Part shown: positions 17,716 to 26,005 of the stretch, one piece after another | How the letters are laid out: every line of letters starts with the position of its first letter | How positions within the stretch are numbered: position 1 is the first letter of the stretch | Origin: Clostridia bacterium | GTDB taxonomy: Bacteria > Bacillota > Clostridia > Oscillospirales > CAG-272 | Reading direction: 5' to 3' | Length of the DNA stretch: 64,000 nucleotides | Assembly (NCBI GenBank): GCA_017451735.1 | Contig: JAFTNU010000005.1 | Span: forward strand, 2,611-66,610 | Made by a program: the position numbers and the translations under genes | Notes under the pieces: generated by a model | Seen by the model: only the letters and a program-made list of their open reading frames with translations | What the model was told of the DNA's origin: nothing | The model's database searches: none

Positions 17716-18744
17716 ATGCAGATGAATTTCATTCGCAAGCTTCCTATCCCCCAGGAAACCAAGGATAAATACCCCGTGCCCCACAAGGCCGCCGAGCAGA
17801 AGGAGGCGCGCGATGCCGAGATCAAAAAGATTTTCGGCGGCGAATCCGACAAGCTGGTGCTGGTGATCGGCCCTTGCTCCGCCGACAGCGACGAGCCTGT
17901 GATGGAGTATGTGCATCGCCTTGCCCGCGTACAGGAGCAGGTGAAGGATAAGATCGTTATCATCCCCCGCGTGTATACCAACAAGCCCCGTACCACCGGC
18001 GACGGCTATAAGGGCATGCTGCACCAGCCCGATCCCAACGGGACCCCCGATGTCTACCACGGCATTCTTGCCATTCGCCATCTCCATACCCGCGTGCTGA
18101 CCGAAACCGGTCTTTCCACCGCAGACGAGATGCTGTATCCCGCCAACTACCGCTATCTGGATGATCTGCTGTCCTATGTGGCAGTGGGTGCCCGCTCGAC
18201 CGAAAATCAGGAGCACCGTTTGGTCTCCAGCGGCGTTGGCGTTCCCGTGGGATTGAAGAATCCCACCGGCGGCGATCTCTCGGTCATGATGAACTCCATC
18301 ACCGCCGCTCAGCATGCCCATTCCTTCATTTACAGAGGCTGGGCCGTGGAAACACAGGGCAACGAGCATGCCCACGCGATCCTGCGCGGCTATGTGGACG
18401 AGCAGGGCGCCAGCCACCCCAACTATCACTATGAGGATCTGGCTCGCCTGGCGGCACTTTACGAGAAATCCGGCCTGAAGAATCCCGCCGTCATTGTGGA
18501 TGCCAATCATGCCAACTCGGGCAAGAAGTACGGCGAGCAGCCCCGCATCTGCAAGGAGGTGCTCCATTCCTGCCGTCACAATGCCGATATCAAAAGGATC
18601 GTCAAGGGATTTATGATTGAAAGCTACCTGGAGGACGGCTGTCAGAAGATCGGCGAGGGAACCTTTGGTAAATCCATCACCGACCCCTGCCTGGGTTGGG
18701 AAAAGACCGAACGGTTGATCCTTGATATTGCAGAGCTTATTTAA
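17716..18744 (+). CDS. aroG: 3-deoxy-7-phosphoheptulonate (DAHP) synthase, class I (AroF/G/H type)
   Basis: LVIGPCSADS, RVYTNKPRTTGDGYKGML, VAVGARSTENQEHR, VGLKNPTGGD and ILRGY align with my recollection of E. coli AroG. Confidence 0.93.
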   Translation: MQMNFIRKLPIPQETKDKYPVPHKAAEQKEARDAEIKKIFGGESDKLVLVIGPCSADSDEPVMEYVHRLARVQEQVKDKIVIIPRVYTNKPRTTGDGYKGMLHQPDPNGTPDVYHGILAIRHLHTRVLTETGLSTADEMLYPANYRYLDDLLSYVAVGARSTENQEHRLVSSGVGVPVGLKNPTGGDLSVMMNSITAAQHAHSFIYRGWAVETQGNEHAHAILRGYVDEQGASHPNYHYEDLARLAALYEKSGLKNPAVIVDANHANSGKKYGEQPRICKEVLHSCRHNADIKRIVKGFMIESYLEDGCQKIGEGTFGKSITDPCLGWEKTERLILDIAELI

Positions 18745-18750
18745 ATGCCA

Positions 18751-18785
18751 AAAACGGGCGGAAAAATTTTTTCGCCCGTTTTTTA
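18751..18785 (+). terminator. Rho-independent terminator after the DAHP synthase gene
   Basis: AACGGGCG / CGCCCGTT stem followed by TTTT. Confidence 0.75.
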
Positions 18786-18814
18786 TTGACAACCTTTGTC
18801 GAATGTGATAAGAT
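18786..18814 (+). promoter_or_regulatory. Promoter of mscL
   Basis: TTGACA (18786-18791), 17-nt spacer, TGaTAAGAT (-10 at 18809-18814). Confidence 0.6.
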
Positions 18815-18851
18815 GATGTCACCAAAGGTGAAAAGGAGGAACATAACCACC

Positions 18852-19496
18852 ATGGGAAAAGCAGATACCGAGGTCATCGAGGCAAGAATTGCCGCCGGTG
18901 AGGAAAAGGAAAGGAAGCAAAAAATGAAAGATGCAACGAAGAAAATGAAGGAGAAGCGTGACGGCTTCTTTAAGGACTTCAAAAAGTTTATCACTAAAGG
19001 TAATATCGTGGATATGGCTGTCGGTGTTATCGTCGGTAGTGCGTTTACCGCGATCATCAATGCGCTGAGTAACGGCATTCTCAAGCCCTTCATCAACTGT
19101 CTGCTGGCATTGATCCTGGGCAAGGATTCTCTCAGCGAGGTTTATACCTTCCTGCAGATCGCCTATAAGGTGGACGAGACGGGGGCACAGGTCATCGACC
19201 TTGCCAACTCCATTTACATCGACTGGGGTACCTTTATCAATGCCATTATCAACTTCTTCCTGGTCGCCTTTACATTGTTCGTCATCGCGCGCATCGCTCG
19301 TCGCGTGGTAAACAAGGCCAAGGCCAGAGAGCTGGCCGCCGCTAAAGAAGCGGAAGAGAAGAAGAAGGCCGAGGAAAAGGCCAAGGCCGAGGCTGTAGCC
19401 GCCGCTGCCGCCGCCAAGGAGGCTCAGCTCCAGGCCTTCTACGCCAATGTGGCCCGCCAGACCGAGCTCCTGGAGCAGCTCAGCAAGAAGCAATAA
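18852..19496 (+). CDS. mscL: Large-conductance mechanosensitive channel
   Basis: FKKFITKGNIVDMAVGVIVGSAFTAIINAL core. RBS AAGGAGGA precedes the ATG at 18852. The alternative ATG at 18924 also has an RBS-like AAAGGAAAGGAAG. The K/E/A-rich C-terminal helix is typical of MscL. Confidence 0.85.
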   Translation: MGKADTEVIEARIAAGEEKERKQKMKDATKKMKEKRDGFFKDFKKFITKGNIVDMAVGVIVGSAFTAIINALSNGILKPFINCLLALILGKDSLSEVYTFLQIAYKVDETGAQVIDLANSIYIDWGTFINAIINFFLVAFTLFVIARIARRVVNKAKARELAAAKEAEEKKKAEEKAKAEAVAAAAAAKEAQLQAFYANVARQTELLEQLSKKQ

Positions 19497-19502
19497 AAAG
19501 AG

Positions 19503-19533
19503 AACCGCCCGCGGAAATTTCCGCGGGCGGTTT
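19503..19533. terminator. Bidirectional terminator in the convergent mscL / GH2 gap
   Basis: Perfect palindrome AACCGCCCGCGGAA-at-TTCCGCGGGCGGTT flanked by an A-run and a T-run. Confidence 0.8.
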
Positions 19534-19576
19534 GCTTGTGTCTTCGGCGCAAATGAGAATGCGGAGCCATCGGTAG

Positions 19577-19627
19577 CCTTACCCAAGTAGGGGAAGGTGG
19601 CACGCGAAGCGTGACGGATGAGGATGC
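19577..19627 (+). repeat. Double-hairpin intergenic repeat, copy A
   Basis: CCTTACCC-aagta-GGGGAAGG, then TGG, CACGC-gaa-GCGTG and ACGGATGAGGA. Shares the core GGGGAAGGTGGCA...CGGATGAGGA with 48709-48755. Confidence 0.6.
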
Positions 19628-19644
19628 TTCCTGCTCAAGTTTGC

Positions 19645-21357
19645 TTATTTTTGCGCATTCATCAGCTCTTTTGCAATGATCTGCATGTTGGCGGGATCCA
19701 CCTTCACGTGCTTGCGGTCGTAGGTCAAAAGACCGTTGATCTCCTCCTCCACGTCGGTGATCTGGGTGTAGATCGCCCCCGATAGTCCCGCCCGTGCCGC
19801 AGGCAGGATCTCCTTGCGATACAGCTCCTCCAGGGCCTCGCAGAATGCATTTTCGTCCTTGAAGCTGCGGTAGCCGTAGGCCTTGCCGGGGCAGGTCTCG
19901 TGCCCGTCAATGGCCAGGGAATAGCCCCCGAATTCCGATAGCACCAGCGGTTTTTTATCGGGGCGGCACTTTATGGGCTTGAAGTAGATGTGGGGGCTTT
20001 CTACGTCACTTTCTTTGGTTTCAAACCACCCGGAGGCCGTGTCGATAAAGCGCGTATCGTCCAATGCCCGCAATTGGCGGTAGACGGCGTCCCCGTCAAA
20101 CTGCCCCCAGCCCTCGTTGAAGATGGTCCAGTAGCAGATGCAGGGGTGATTTCCCAGGTGTCTGACGCTCTCCTCCATGGCGGTGAGAAAGGCCTCACGT
20201 GCCGCGGGATCCCTGTGCAATTTTTTGTCGTTCCGCTTTTTCAGCCCCACCGTGGGGAGCGCCGTGTCACGGAGAAAGGAATAGTGCCCGTTGTTGACCA
20301 TGTCCTGAAAGACCACCATGCCCAATCGGTCGCAATCGTAGTAGAATTGCTCGGGCTCGATCTTGATGTGCTTGCGCAGGGTGTTGAACCCCAAGGATTT
20401 TGCAAAAAGAATATCCTTTTCATAGCGGCAAGGGTGTGCGGGGGTAAAGATGCCGTCGGGGAAATAGCCCTGATCCAGCAGGCCGTGGAAAAAATAGGGC
20501 TTTCCGTTCAGCAAAAGGCGCGGCACGCCCTTGACCTTGCCCACCGATAGGGTGCGGCAGGCAAAATAGGATTCCACCGTATCCTCCCCGCAGATCAGCT
20601 TGAAGCGGTAAAGATAAGGATCCTCGGGGGACCACAGCCGCGGCGTGTCAAGCGCTACCCGCGCCACACCGCCCCGCATTTTCACGCAGGTCATCCCCTC
20701 GGGGGTGGTCACCAGAAGCATGCCCTCGTCCACGCCCTCGGCACGAACAGAGGCACCCTCGGCATCCGCCTTGATATCAAGGGCCTTGACATAGGTTTCG
20801 GGCACGCTTTCCAGCCAGACCGTCTGCCAGATGCCCGATACGGGCGTGTACCACATGCCGCCACGCTCGTGCTTTTGCTTGCCCCAAGGGAGGATGTGCT
20901 TGTCCAGCTCGTCGGTGACACGGATAAAAAGGGCGTTTTTACCCGCGTGAAGGTGCTCGGTCACATCAAAGGTGAAGGGGAGATATCCGCCCTTGTGCTT
21001 GCCCAGAAAATGGCCGTTGAGCCACACCTTCGCCACCTGATCGGCGGCGCCGATGTGCAGGAGCACCCGCCCGCGGCAAAAGCCGTCGGGGAGCTCGAAT
21101 TTGCGGTGATAGCACAGCTCGGTACCGTCGGGGTACACATGATGGATCCCCGACAGCGCCGATTCGGGCGGGAAGGGGACGCGGATGCGCTTGTCAAAAT
21201 CCGGCTTCGCTCCCCGGGGCTCGGCCGAAAAATTCCAAATGCCGTCAAGAGAGAAAAAGGAGTCCCGCCGCAGCTGCGGACGGGGATAAACAGGGGCTCC
21301 GTTGCCCGCAAGCCCGGTCTCGGGTGTGTCGAGTGTGACAAATCTGTCCTGCTTCAA
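19645..21357 (-). CDS. Glycoside hydrolase family 2 protein (beta-glucuronidase/beta-galactosidase-like)
   Basis: PRPQLRRDSFFSLDGIWNF, acid/base region WTIFNEGWG and nucleophile region LSEFGGYS. Start placed at the TTG at 21357 (AAAGGAAG lies 8 nt upstream). The longer ORF to 21624 would overlap the divergent gene. Start is uncertain. Confidence 0.8.
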   Translation of the reverse strand: MKQDRFVTLDTPETGLAGNGAPVYPRPQLRRDSFFSLDGIWNFSAEPRGAKPDFDKRIRVPFPPESALSGIHHVYPDGTELCYHRKFELPDGFCRGRVLLHIGAADQVAKVWLNGHFLGKHKGGYLPFTFDVTEHLHAGKNALFIRVTDELDKHILPWGKQKHERGGMWYTPVSGIWQTVWLESVPETYVKALDIKADAEGASVRAEGVDEGMLLVTTPEGMTCVKMRGGVARVALDTPRLWSPEDPYLYRFKLICGEDTVESYFACRTLSVGKVKGVPRLLLNGKPYFFHGLLDQGYFPDGIFTPAHPCRYEKDILFAKSLGFNTLRKHIKIEPEQFYYDCDRLGMVVFQDMVNNGHYSFLRDTALPTVGLKKRNDKKLHRDPAAREAFLTAMEESVRHLGNHPCICYWTIFNEGWGQFDGDAVYRQLRALDDTRFIDTASGWFETKESDVESPHIYFKPIKCRPDKKPLVLSEFGGYSLAIDGHETCPGKAYGYRSFKDENAFCEALEELYRKEILPAARAGLSGAIYTQITDVEEEINGLLTYDRKHVKVDPANMQIIAKELMNAQK

Positions 21358-21520
21358 TGCCGTATCTTCCTTTCGCGTGATTCTGATTCTATTATGCCCC
21401 ACAAGCTGCGGAATGTCAACCCCCAACCTGCCAAAAAGCCCCCGGCTCCACACCTTTCGACATCGATCCTCATATTCTGTCAATGCGGGGTGACCCGCAT
21501 TCAATAAATGAAAGGAATTC

Positions 21521-22336
21521 ATGATGGCAACCATATTCAACAAAGGGACACTGCGCTTCACGCCCCAATGCGGCGCGCAGATGTCCATCGATTCCAATAC
21601 CACAGGCACGGATCTGGAGGTCACCTACGGCCTGGAGGTCAGCCACGGCGCCTCCCCCTTGACCTATACCGACGGGGATACCCTTGTGTATACCGTTGTT
21701 CTGCGCAATACGGGTAGCGGTACGCTTGTTCTGCCGACCGTAACCGTAGATATTGGCGACGACGCACTCGATGTTGTAGAGGGTAGCGCTGTCGCTTTTC
21801 TTTATGACGGCGAGCAGGTGACTCCTTATCCCTTTACGGTCTCCGCAGACGGTGTGATCTTCACCTTTGCCGATCCCATCCCCGCAGGAGCCCTTGTGTT
21901 CCTCACGTACCGTGCAACGGTGACTGCGTCCGCCGGCGACAGCATCCTTTCCACGGCTGTGGGCACCGCCCATGAGGGCGTGGCAACGGGCCCCGCCATT
22001 TCGGATCGTGACGCGGTCACCGTTACCCGCGCACCGCTCACCATCGTCAAAAGCGCACCGGCCACCGCCGAGGTGGGGGATACCATTCGGTTTTGCTTCA
22101 CCGTCACCAATCACACCCGATCGCCCGTCGCCCTGGATCGCCTGACCGATCAGCTGCCCGATCAGTTCAGCCTGACCGCCGTCACGTTCAGGTCGAACGG
22201 CAACGAGGTGACCCTGAATGAGGGATGTGACTACACCCTGGAGAATGGCTTGCTCACCGTTGACCCTGCCCGCTCCTTCTCCCTGCCCGCAGGCGACACG
22301 GTGATCCTGACCGTTGTCGGCGTGATCACTGCTTGA
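21521..22336 (+). CDS. DUF11 / conserved-repeat-domain protein (two Ig-like repeats, no signal peptide)
   Basis: Two ~100-aa repeats contain LVYTVVLRNTGSGTL and IRFCFTVTNHTRSPV, typical of the DUF11 repeat. RBS GAAAGGA. The N-terminus is not hydrophobic. Confidence 0.7.
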   Translation: MMATIFNKGTLRFTPQCGAQMSIDSNTTGTDLEVTYGLEVSHGASPLTYTDGDTLVYTVVLRNTGSGTLVLPTVTVDIGDDALDVVEGSAVAFLYDGEQVTPYPFTVSADGVIFTFADPIPAGALVFLTYRATVTASAGDSILSTAVGTAHEGVATGPAISDRDAVTVTRAPLTIVKSAPATAEVGDTIRFCFTVTNHTRSPVALDRLTDQLPDQFSLTAVTFRSNGNEVTLNEGCDYTLENGLLTVDPARSFSLPAGDTVILTVVGVITA

Positions 22337-22362
22337 CAATATGTCCTTGATTGTGATAAAAT
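22333..22362 (+). promoter_or_regulatory. Promoter of the YegP-like gene
   Basis: TTGACA (22333-22338, overlapping the DUF11 stop), 18-nt spacer, TGaTAAAAT (-10 at 22357-22362). Confidence 0.55.
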
Positions 22363-22420
22363 AACCGCAGTAAAAAAGGGGATGCCATATGGCATCCCCG
22401 CCGGAAAGCGAGGGAATCGG

Positions 22421-22831
22421 ATGGGGCGCTTTATCATCAGCCGTACGGCGGCGGGAGATATTTTTACATTACAGACAAGCAACGGGCGCACCCTGGCTGT
22501 TTCCAAGCCTTATGCCACGCTGGACGCTTGCAAAAAGGCCATTTGCAGTCTGGTGTACTATGCCCCCGTGGTTCCCGTTGTGGATACGTCGGCGGGGGAA
22601 TATGGCCCCAATCCCAAATTCGAGCTTTTTGAGGGGGACGAGGGTCTGATGTATGCCATGAAGTCGGCAAACGGGAAAAGCGTGCTGATCCAAGGCCCCT
22701 TTGCCACCCGCAAGGCCGCCCTGCGGTCCATGTCCATGCTTCGCCAAGGGGTGCAGGGGGCCGAGATTGTTCTCGCCGCGCCCGAAACGCTCAAAAGGCT
22801 TACCGTCAAAAATCTGATCAAGGATAAATAA
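22421..22831 (+). CDS. YegP/DUF1508 (UPF0339) family protein, tandem domains
   Basis: Two repeats of the F-x-[IL]-x-x-x-x-G-x-x-x-F-x-L-x-x-x-NG-x-x-[IL] pattern: GRFIISRTAAGDIFTLQTSNGRTLAVS and KFELFEGDEGLMYAMKSANGKSVLIQG. RBS GAGGGA. Confidence 0.75.
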   Translation: MGRFIISRTAAGDIFTLQTSNGRTLAVSKPYATLDACKKAICSLVYYAPVVPVVDTSAGEYGPNPKFELFEGDEGLMYAMKSANGKSVLIQGPFATRKAALRSMSMLRQGVQGAEIVLAAPETLKRLTVKNLIKDK

Positions 22832-22838
22832 AAGATGA

Positions 22839-22884
22839 ATAGAAGCAGGCACCTGCCCACGGGCAGGTGCCTGCTTCTATTTTT
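22839..22884. terminator. Bidirectional terminator between yegP-like and lacZ
   Basis: 20-bp stem ATAGAAGCAGGCACCTGCCC / GGGCAGGTGCCTGCTTCTAT followed by TTTT. Confidence 0.8.
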
Positions 22885-25800
22885 ACAGAATCTCAATCTC
22901 TATGGTAAAGTCGAATGCCTCGCCTGCGTTGATACGGCAGGACTCCAGGGGATCCTGTCCGCCGCAGGAGTGAGAGCCTACACCGCTCATGCGGTAATCC
23001 ACGTACAGGTCGGTGCGATCCATCGGGGTCAGATCCTTGCGGTGTCCCACTGCCGCCATCTGATGTATGTCATAGCCCGTGGCACAGAAGGAGAATTTCT
23101 CTCCCGAGATGCGCAGAGCAGTGTCTCCCAAGGAAAGGGTCAGCCAATCGGTATAGCAATGGCTACCGCTTTCCTGAGGCTTTTCCCAATTTCCTGCGGG
23201 ATCGTCGGGGGTGTAGTCGTACTGTCCCAGCAGGGCGTGAGAGATCTTATCCTCATAGCACTCGGCCGGGCCGTAGCCGTAGTACTTGATATCCTTTGCT
23301 ACGTCGGCAAGGGACAGCGTATAGCCGTATCTGGGCAGAAAATAGGGCATGGTCTCGTTGAAGGCGCCCTTCTGGCTGATATCGATTCGCCCGTTGCCGT
23401 AGATACGGTATTCCACCGTGCCCTTGGCAATGTGCTTTCGCCCCTGTACGCCAAAGAGGAAATCACCCGTCAGACGTACGTGATCCTCCTTGACCGATGC
23501 CTTGAAGTCATGAACGGAAAGCTCGGGGTATTCGATATTGCCAAAGCGACGATGGCTGCGCCACTCTTCCTCCACTCCTTTGCGAGAGGCTGTGATATCG
23601 TTGTCGGTGGGTGCGCGGAAGCAGTTGAAGGCAAGGGGCTTTGCCAACACCGGCTTTCCCTTGACGGTCATTTCACCAAGCACCCCCTCGTCCTTGCGGA
23701 AGGTGTAGGAAAAGCCGTCACCGCTCACCGTAAAGGCAACGCGGCTCTCGGTCAGCGCGGGGGCGGGGATGCATGCTTTGGCCTGCTTTTTGACCGCCTC
23801 CAACGGGAAGGAGAACGCCGCCACCGTATGTCCCGCCCTTGCCCAGGCCGTGTCCTTGGCAAGAGACACGGTCACGGTCAGCGCCGCATTTTGGGCGACG
23901 TAGGGCTCATGAAGTGTAAGGGGCAGTGTCACGCTTTGCCCGGGGGCGGGATTGGCCTCGAGAACGCCTTTTTCCACCGTCACATTGTCTGCAACCACCT
24001 TCCAGGTGAGGTCATAGCCCGTAAAATCAGAGAAAGCATGACGGTTGAGCACCGAGATAGAGCCGTCGGCGTTCCTTGTGACCCGCACGGGGGCAAACAC
24101 GGCCTTTGCCTCCAGCAGATTGGAATGAGGAACGCGATCGGGAGTCACCACGCCGTCCATGCACACATTGTGCAGATGGTGCTTTTCGCCAAAGTCGCCG
24201 CCATACCCGAAATAGGCGGTGCCGTTTTGGTCTTTGATGCGCATGGCATGGTCGCACCATTCCCAAATGAAGCCGCCCAAAAAGCGAGGCTCCTTTTGAA
24301 TGACCTCGTCGTAGAACCGCAGGTCGCCGCAGCTGTTGCCCATGGCGTGGCTGTATTCACATAGTACAAGGGGCTTGTCGGTAAGCAAGGGGTCTGCCAG
24401 ACGGTCGGAGATGCTGTCCCGATTGTCTCTGGCTTCAAAGGGAGAATACATATGGCTGACGAAATCGGTTGCGGCAATATCCTCGGCGGTCTCCATGCCC
24501 GTGTGCTTGGCAATTTGTCTGGAAAGCCCCTCATAGTGTACGGGGCGGGTGGGATCGATCTGCTTGAGGTAGTGCCCGTCGTTTTTCAAATTAGCGCCCC
24601 AACTCGATTCGTTGCCCAGCGACCAGATCACGATGGCGCTGACATTCTTAAAGGCTTGATACATACGGTCGATGCGGTCGTGAATGCAGGGTCCCCAGGC
24701 GGGATCGCTGACCAACCGACTCGATTCCTGCAGATAGGTCATGCCGTGGCATTCCTGATCTGCCTCGGACATGACGTAAAAGCCCAGCTCGTTGCACATT
24801 TCATAAAAGCGGGGATCGTTGGGATAATGCGAGGTGCGGATGGCGTTGATGTTGTGCTGCTTCATGAGCACAAGCTCATGCCTCATAAAATCAACATCGG
24901 TCACATAGCCCGTATCGGGGTTGGAGTCATGGCGGTTGACGCCGTAGAATTTCACGGGCTGGCCGTTGACGGTAAAGACCGCGTCCTTGATCTCCACGGT
25001 GCGGAAGCCAAAGCGCTGACGGATCACCTCGCCATCGCAGGTGAGCACCAGATCATAAAGGTACGGCTTTTCCGCAGACCAGAGGGCAGGGGAATCCACC
25101 TTCATTTCCCATGCCTTATCCACCGTGGAACTTGCCAACAGCCGTTCCCCATCATAGATCTCTGCCTCGACGGGGGAGAGGGCATCTACCGAGAGCGAGA
25201 AATTGCCGTTGCTGTCGGCATTCAGCAAGAAATCGCGCAAACCCCGCTCGGTACGCTCTAAAAGGTAGACCTCGCGGAAGAGTCCCGACAGTCGGATTTT
25301 ATCCTGATCGTCAAAGTAAGTGCCGGAGCACCATTTCAGCACAAGGACGCACAGGCGGTTCTGCCCGTTCTTCAGATAGGGCGTTACGTCAAAGGAGGAA
25401 TCGTTGTGGGGTACCTCACCGTAGCCCACAAAATGACCGTTCATCCAGACGTAAATGCAGCTGTCCTTGCCCTCGAAGTGCAGCTCACAGCGCTTGTCCG
25501 CCTGTAATTTCCAGTCAAAATCCTTGACATAAGCGGCGCAAGGATTCTTTTCGGGCACGCGAGGGGGATCCGCCACAAGGGGATAGGGAGAGGATATATA
25601 CTGAATATAATCCTCGCCGTGTGCCTGCCAGGTCTCAGGTACACGAATGGTCTTGAAATCCGAAATGTCAAATCCATCCGTATAAAAATCGTCCATTTCA
25701 TAAAGAGAAGGCTTCCACAAAAACCGCCACTCACCGCAAAGAGAGTGGAAGAAGGGGGAATTCTCTCGCGGGCCTCTGGTACTCTCCTCATCCGCAAAGG

Positions 25801-25885
25801 GAATGAAATAGGCGTGATCGGGGAGCTCTCCCACACGGAAACGTGTGGGATCCTGATGATCATTCAGCTCAAAGATGTGTTTCAT
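22883..25885 (-). CDS. lacZ: Beta-galactosidase (GH2, LacZ-type, 1000 aa)
   Basis: NAIRTSHYPNDP, WSLGNESSWG and LCEYSHAMGNS (catalytic nucleophile region), plus a C-terminal Bgal_small_N-like domain. Confidence 0.92.
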   Translation of the reverse strand: MKHIFELNDHQDPTRFRVGELPDHAYFIPFADEESTRGPRENSPFFHSLCGEWRFLWKPSLYEMDDFYTDGFDISDFKTIRVPETWQAHGEDYIQYISSPYPLVADPPRVPEKNPCAAYVKDFDWKLQADKRCELHFEGKDSCIYVWMNGHFVGYGEVPHNDSSFDVTPYLKNGQNRLCVLVLKWCSGTYFDDQDKIRLSGLFREVYLLERTERGLRDFLLNADSNGNFSLSVDALSPVEAEIYDGERLLASSTVDKAWEMKVDSPALWSAEKPYLYDLVLTCDGEVIRQRFGFRTVEIKDAVFTVNGQPVKFYGVNRHDSNPDTGYVTDVDFMRHELVLMKQHNINAIRTSHYPNDPRFYEMCNELGFYVMSEADQECHGMTYLQESSRLVSDPAWGPCIHDRIDRMYQAFKNVSAIVIWSLGNESSWGANLKNDGHYLKQIDPTRPVHYEGLSRQIAKHTGMETAEDIAATDFVSHMYSPFEARDNRDSISDRLADPLLTDKPLVLCEYSHAMGNSCGDLRFYDEVIQKEPRFLGGFIWEWCDHAMRIKDQNGTAYFGYGGDFGEKHHLHNVCMDGVVTPDRVPHSNLLEAKAVFAPVRVTRNADGSISVLNRHAFSDFTGYDLTWKVVADNVTVEKGVLEANPAPGQSVTLPLTLHEPYVAQNAALTVTVSLAKDTAWARAGHTVAAFSFPLEAVKKQAKACIPAPALTESRVAFTVSGDGFSYTFRKDEGVLGEMTVKGKPVLAKPLAFNCFRAPTDNDITASRKGVEEEWRSHRRFGNIEYPELSVHDFKASVKEDHVRLTGDFLFGVQGRKHIAKGTVEYRIYGNGRIDISQKGAFNETMPYFLPRYGYTLSLADVAKDIKYYGYGPAECYEDKISHALLGQYDYTPDDPAGNWEKPQESGSHCYTDWLTLSLGDTALRISGEKFSFCATGYDIHQMAAVGHRKDLTPMDRTDLYVDYRMSGVGSHSCGGQDPLESCRINAGEAFDFTIEIEIL

Positions 25886-25904
25886 TTTTCAATAAACTCC
25901 TCTC

Positions 25905-25933
25905 TTGACAAGTTCCTTTACTTGTACTATAAT
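25905..25933 (+). promoter_or_regulatory. Consensus promoter of the AraC-family gene
   Basis: TTGACA (25905-25910), 17-nt spacer, TATAAT (25928-25933). Confidence 0.65.
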
Positions 25934-26005
25934 GCAAAAGGCGGAAAAAGTAAATAGAAAATTTCTGTCGAAATATAAAAATCCTACACAAAGGAGAAAA
26001 TGCGG

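Noticed and set aside
18852-19496. MscL appearing over-long, with N- and C-terminal K/E/A-rich extensions.
   Set aside because: The C-terminal charged helix is a normal MscL feature. The N-terminal extension depends on start choice, since the ATG at 18924 also has an RBS. This is not solid enough for a finding.
21358-21624. N-terminal extension of the first GH2 ORF (listed as 19645-21624).
   Set aside because: The extension would overlap the divergent DUF11 start and its promoter region. It has no GH2-like sequence. An internal TTG at 21357 with AAAGGAAG upstream gives a normal GH2 N-terminus, so the shorter model is preferred, although the start remains uncertain.
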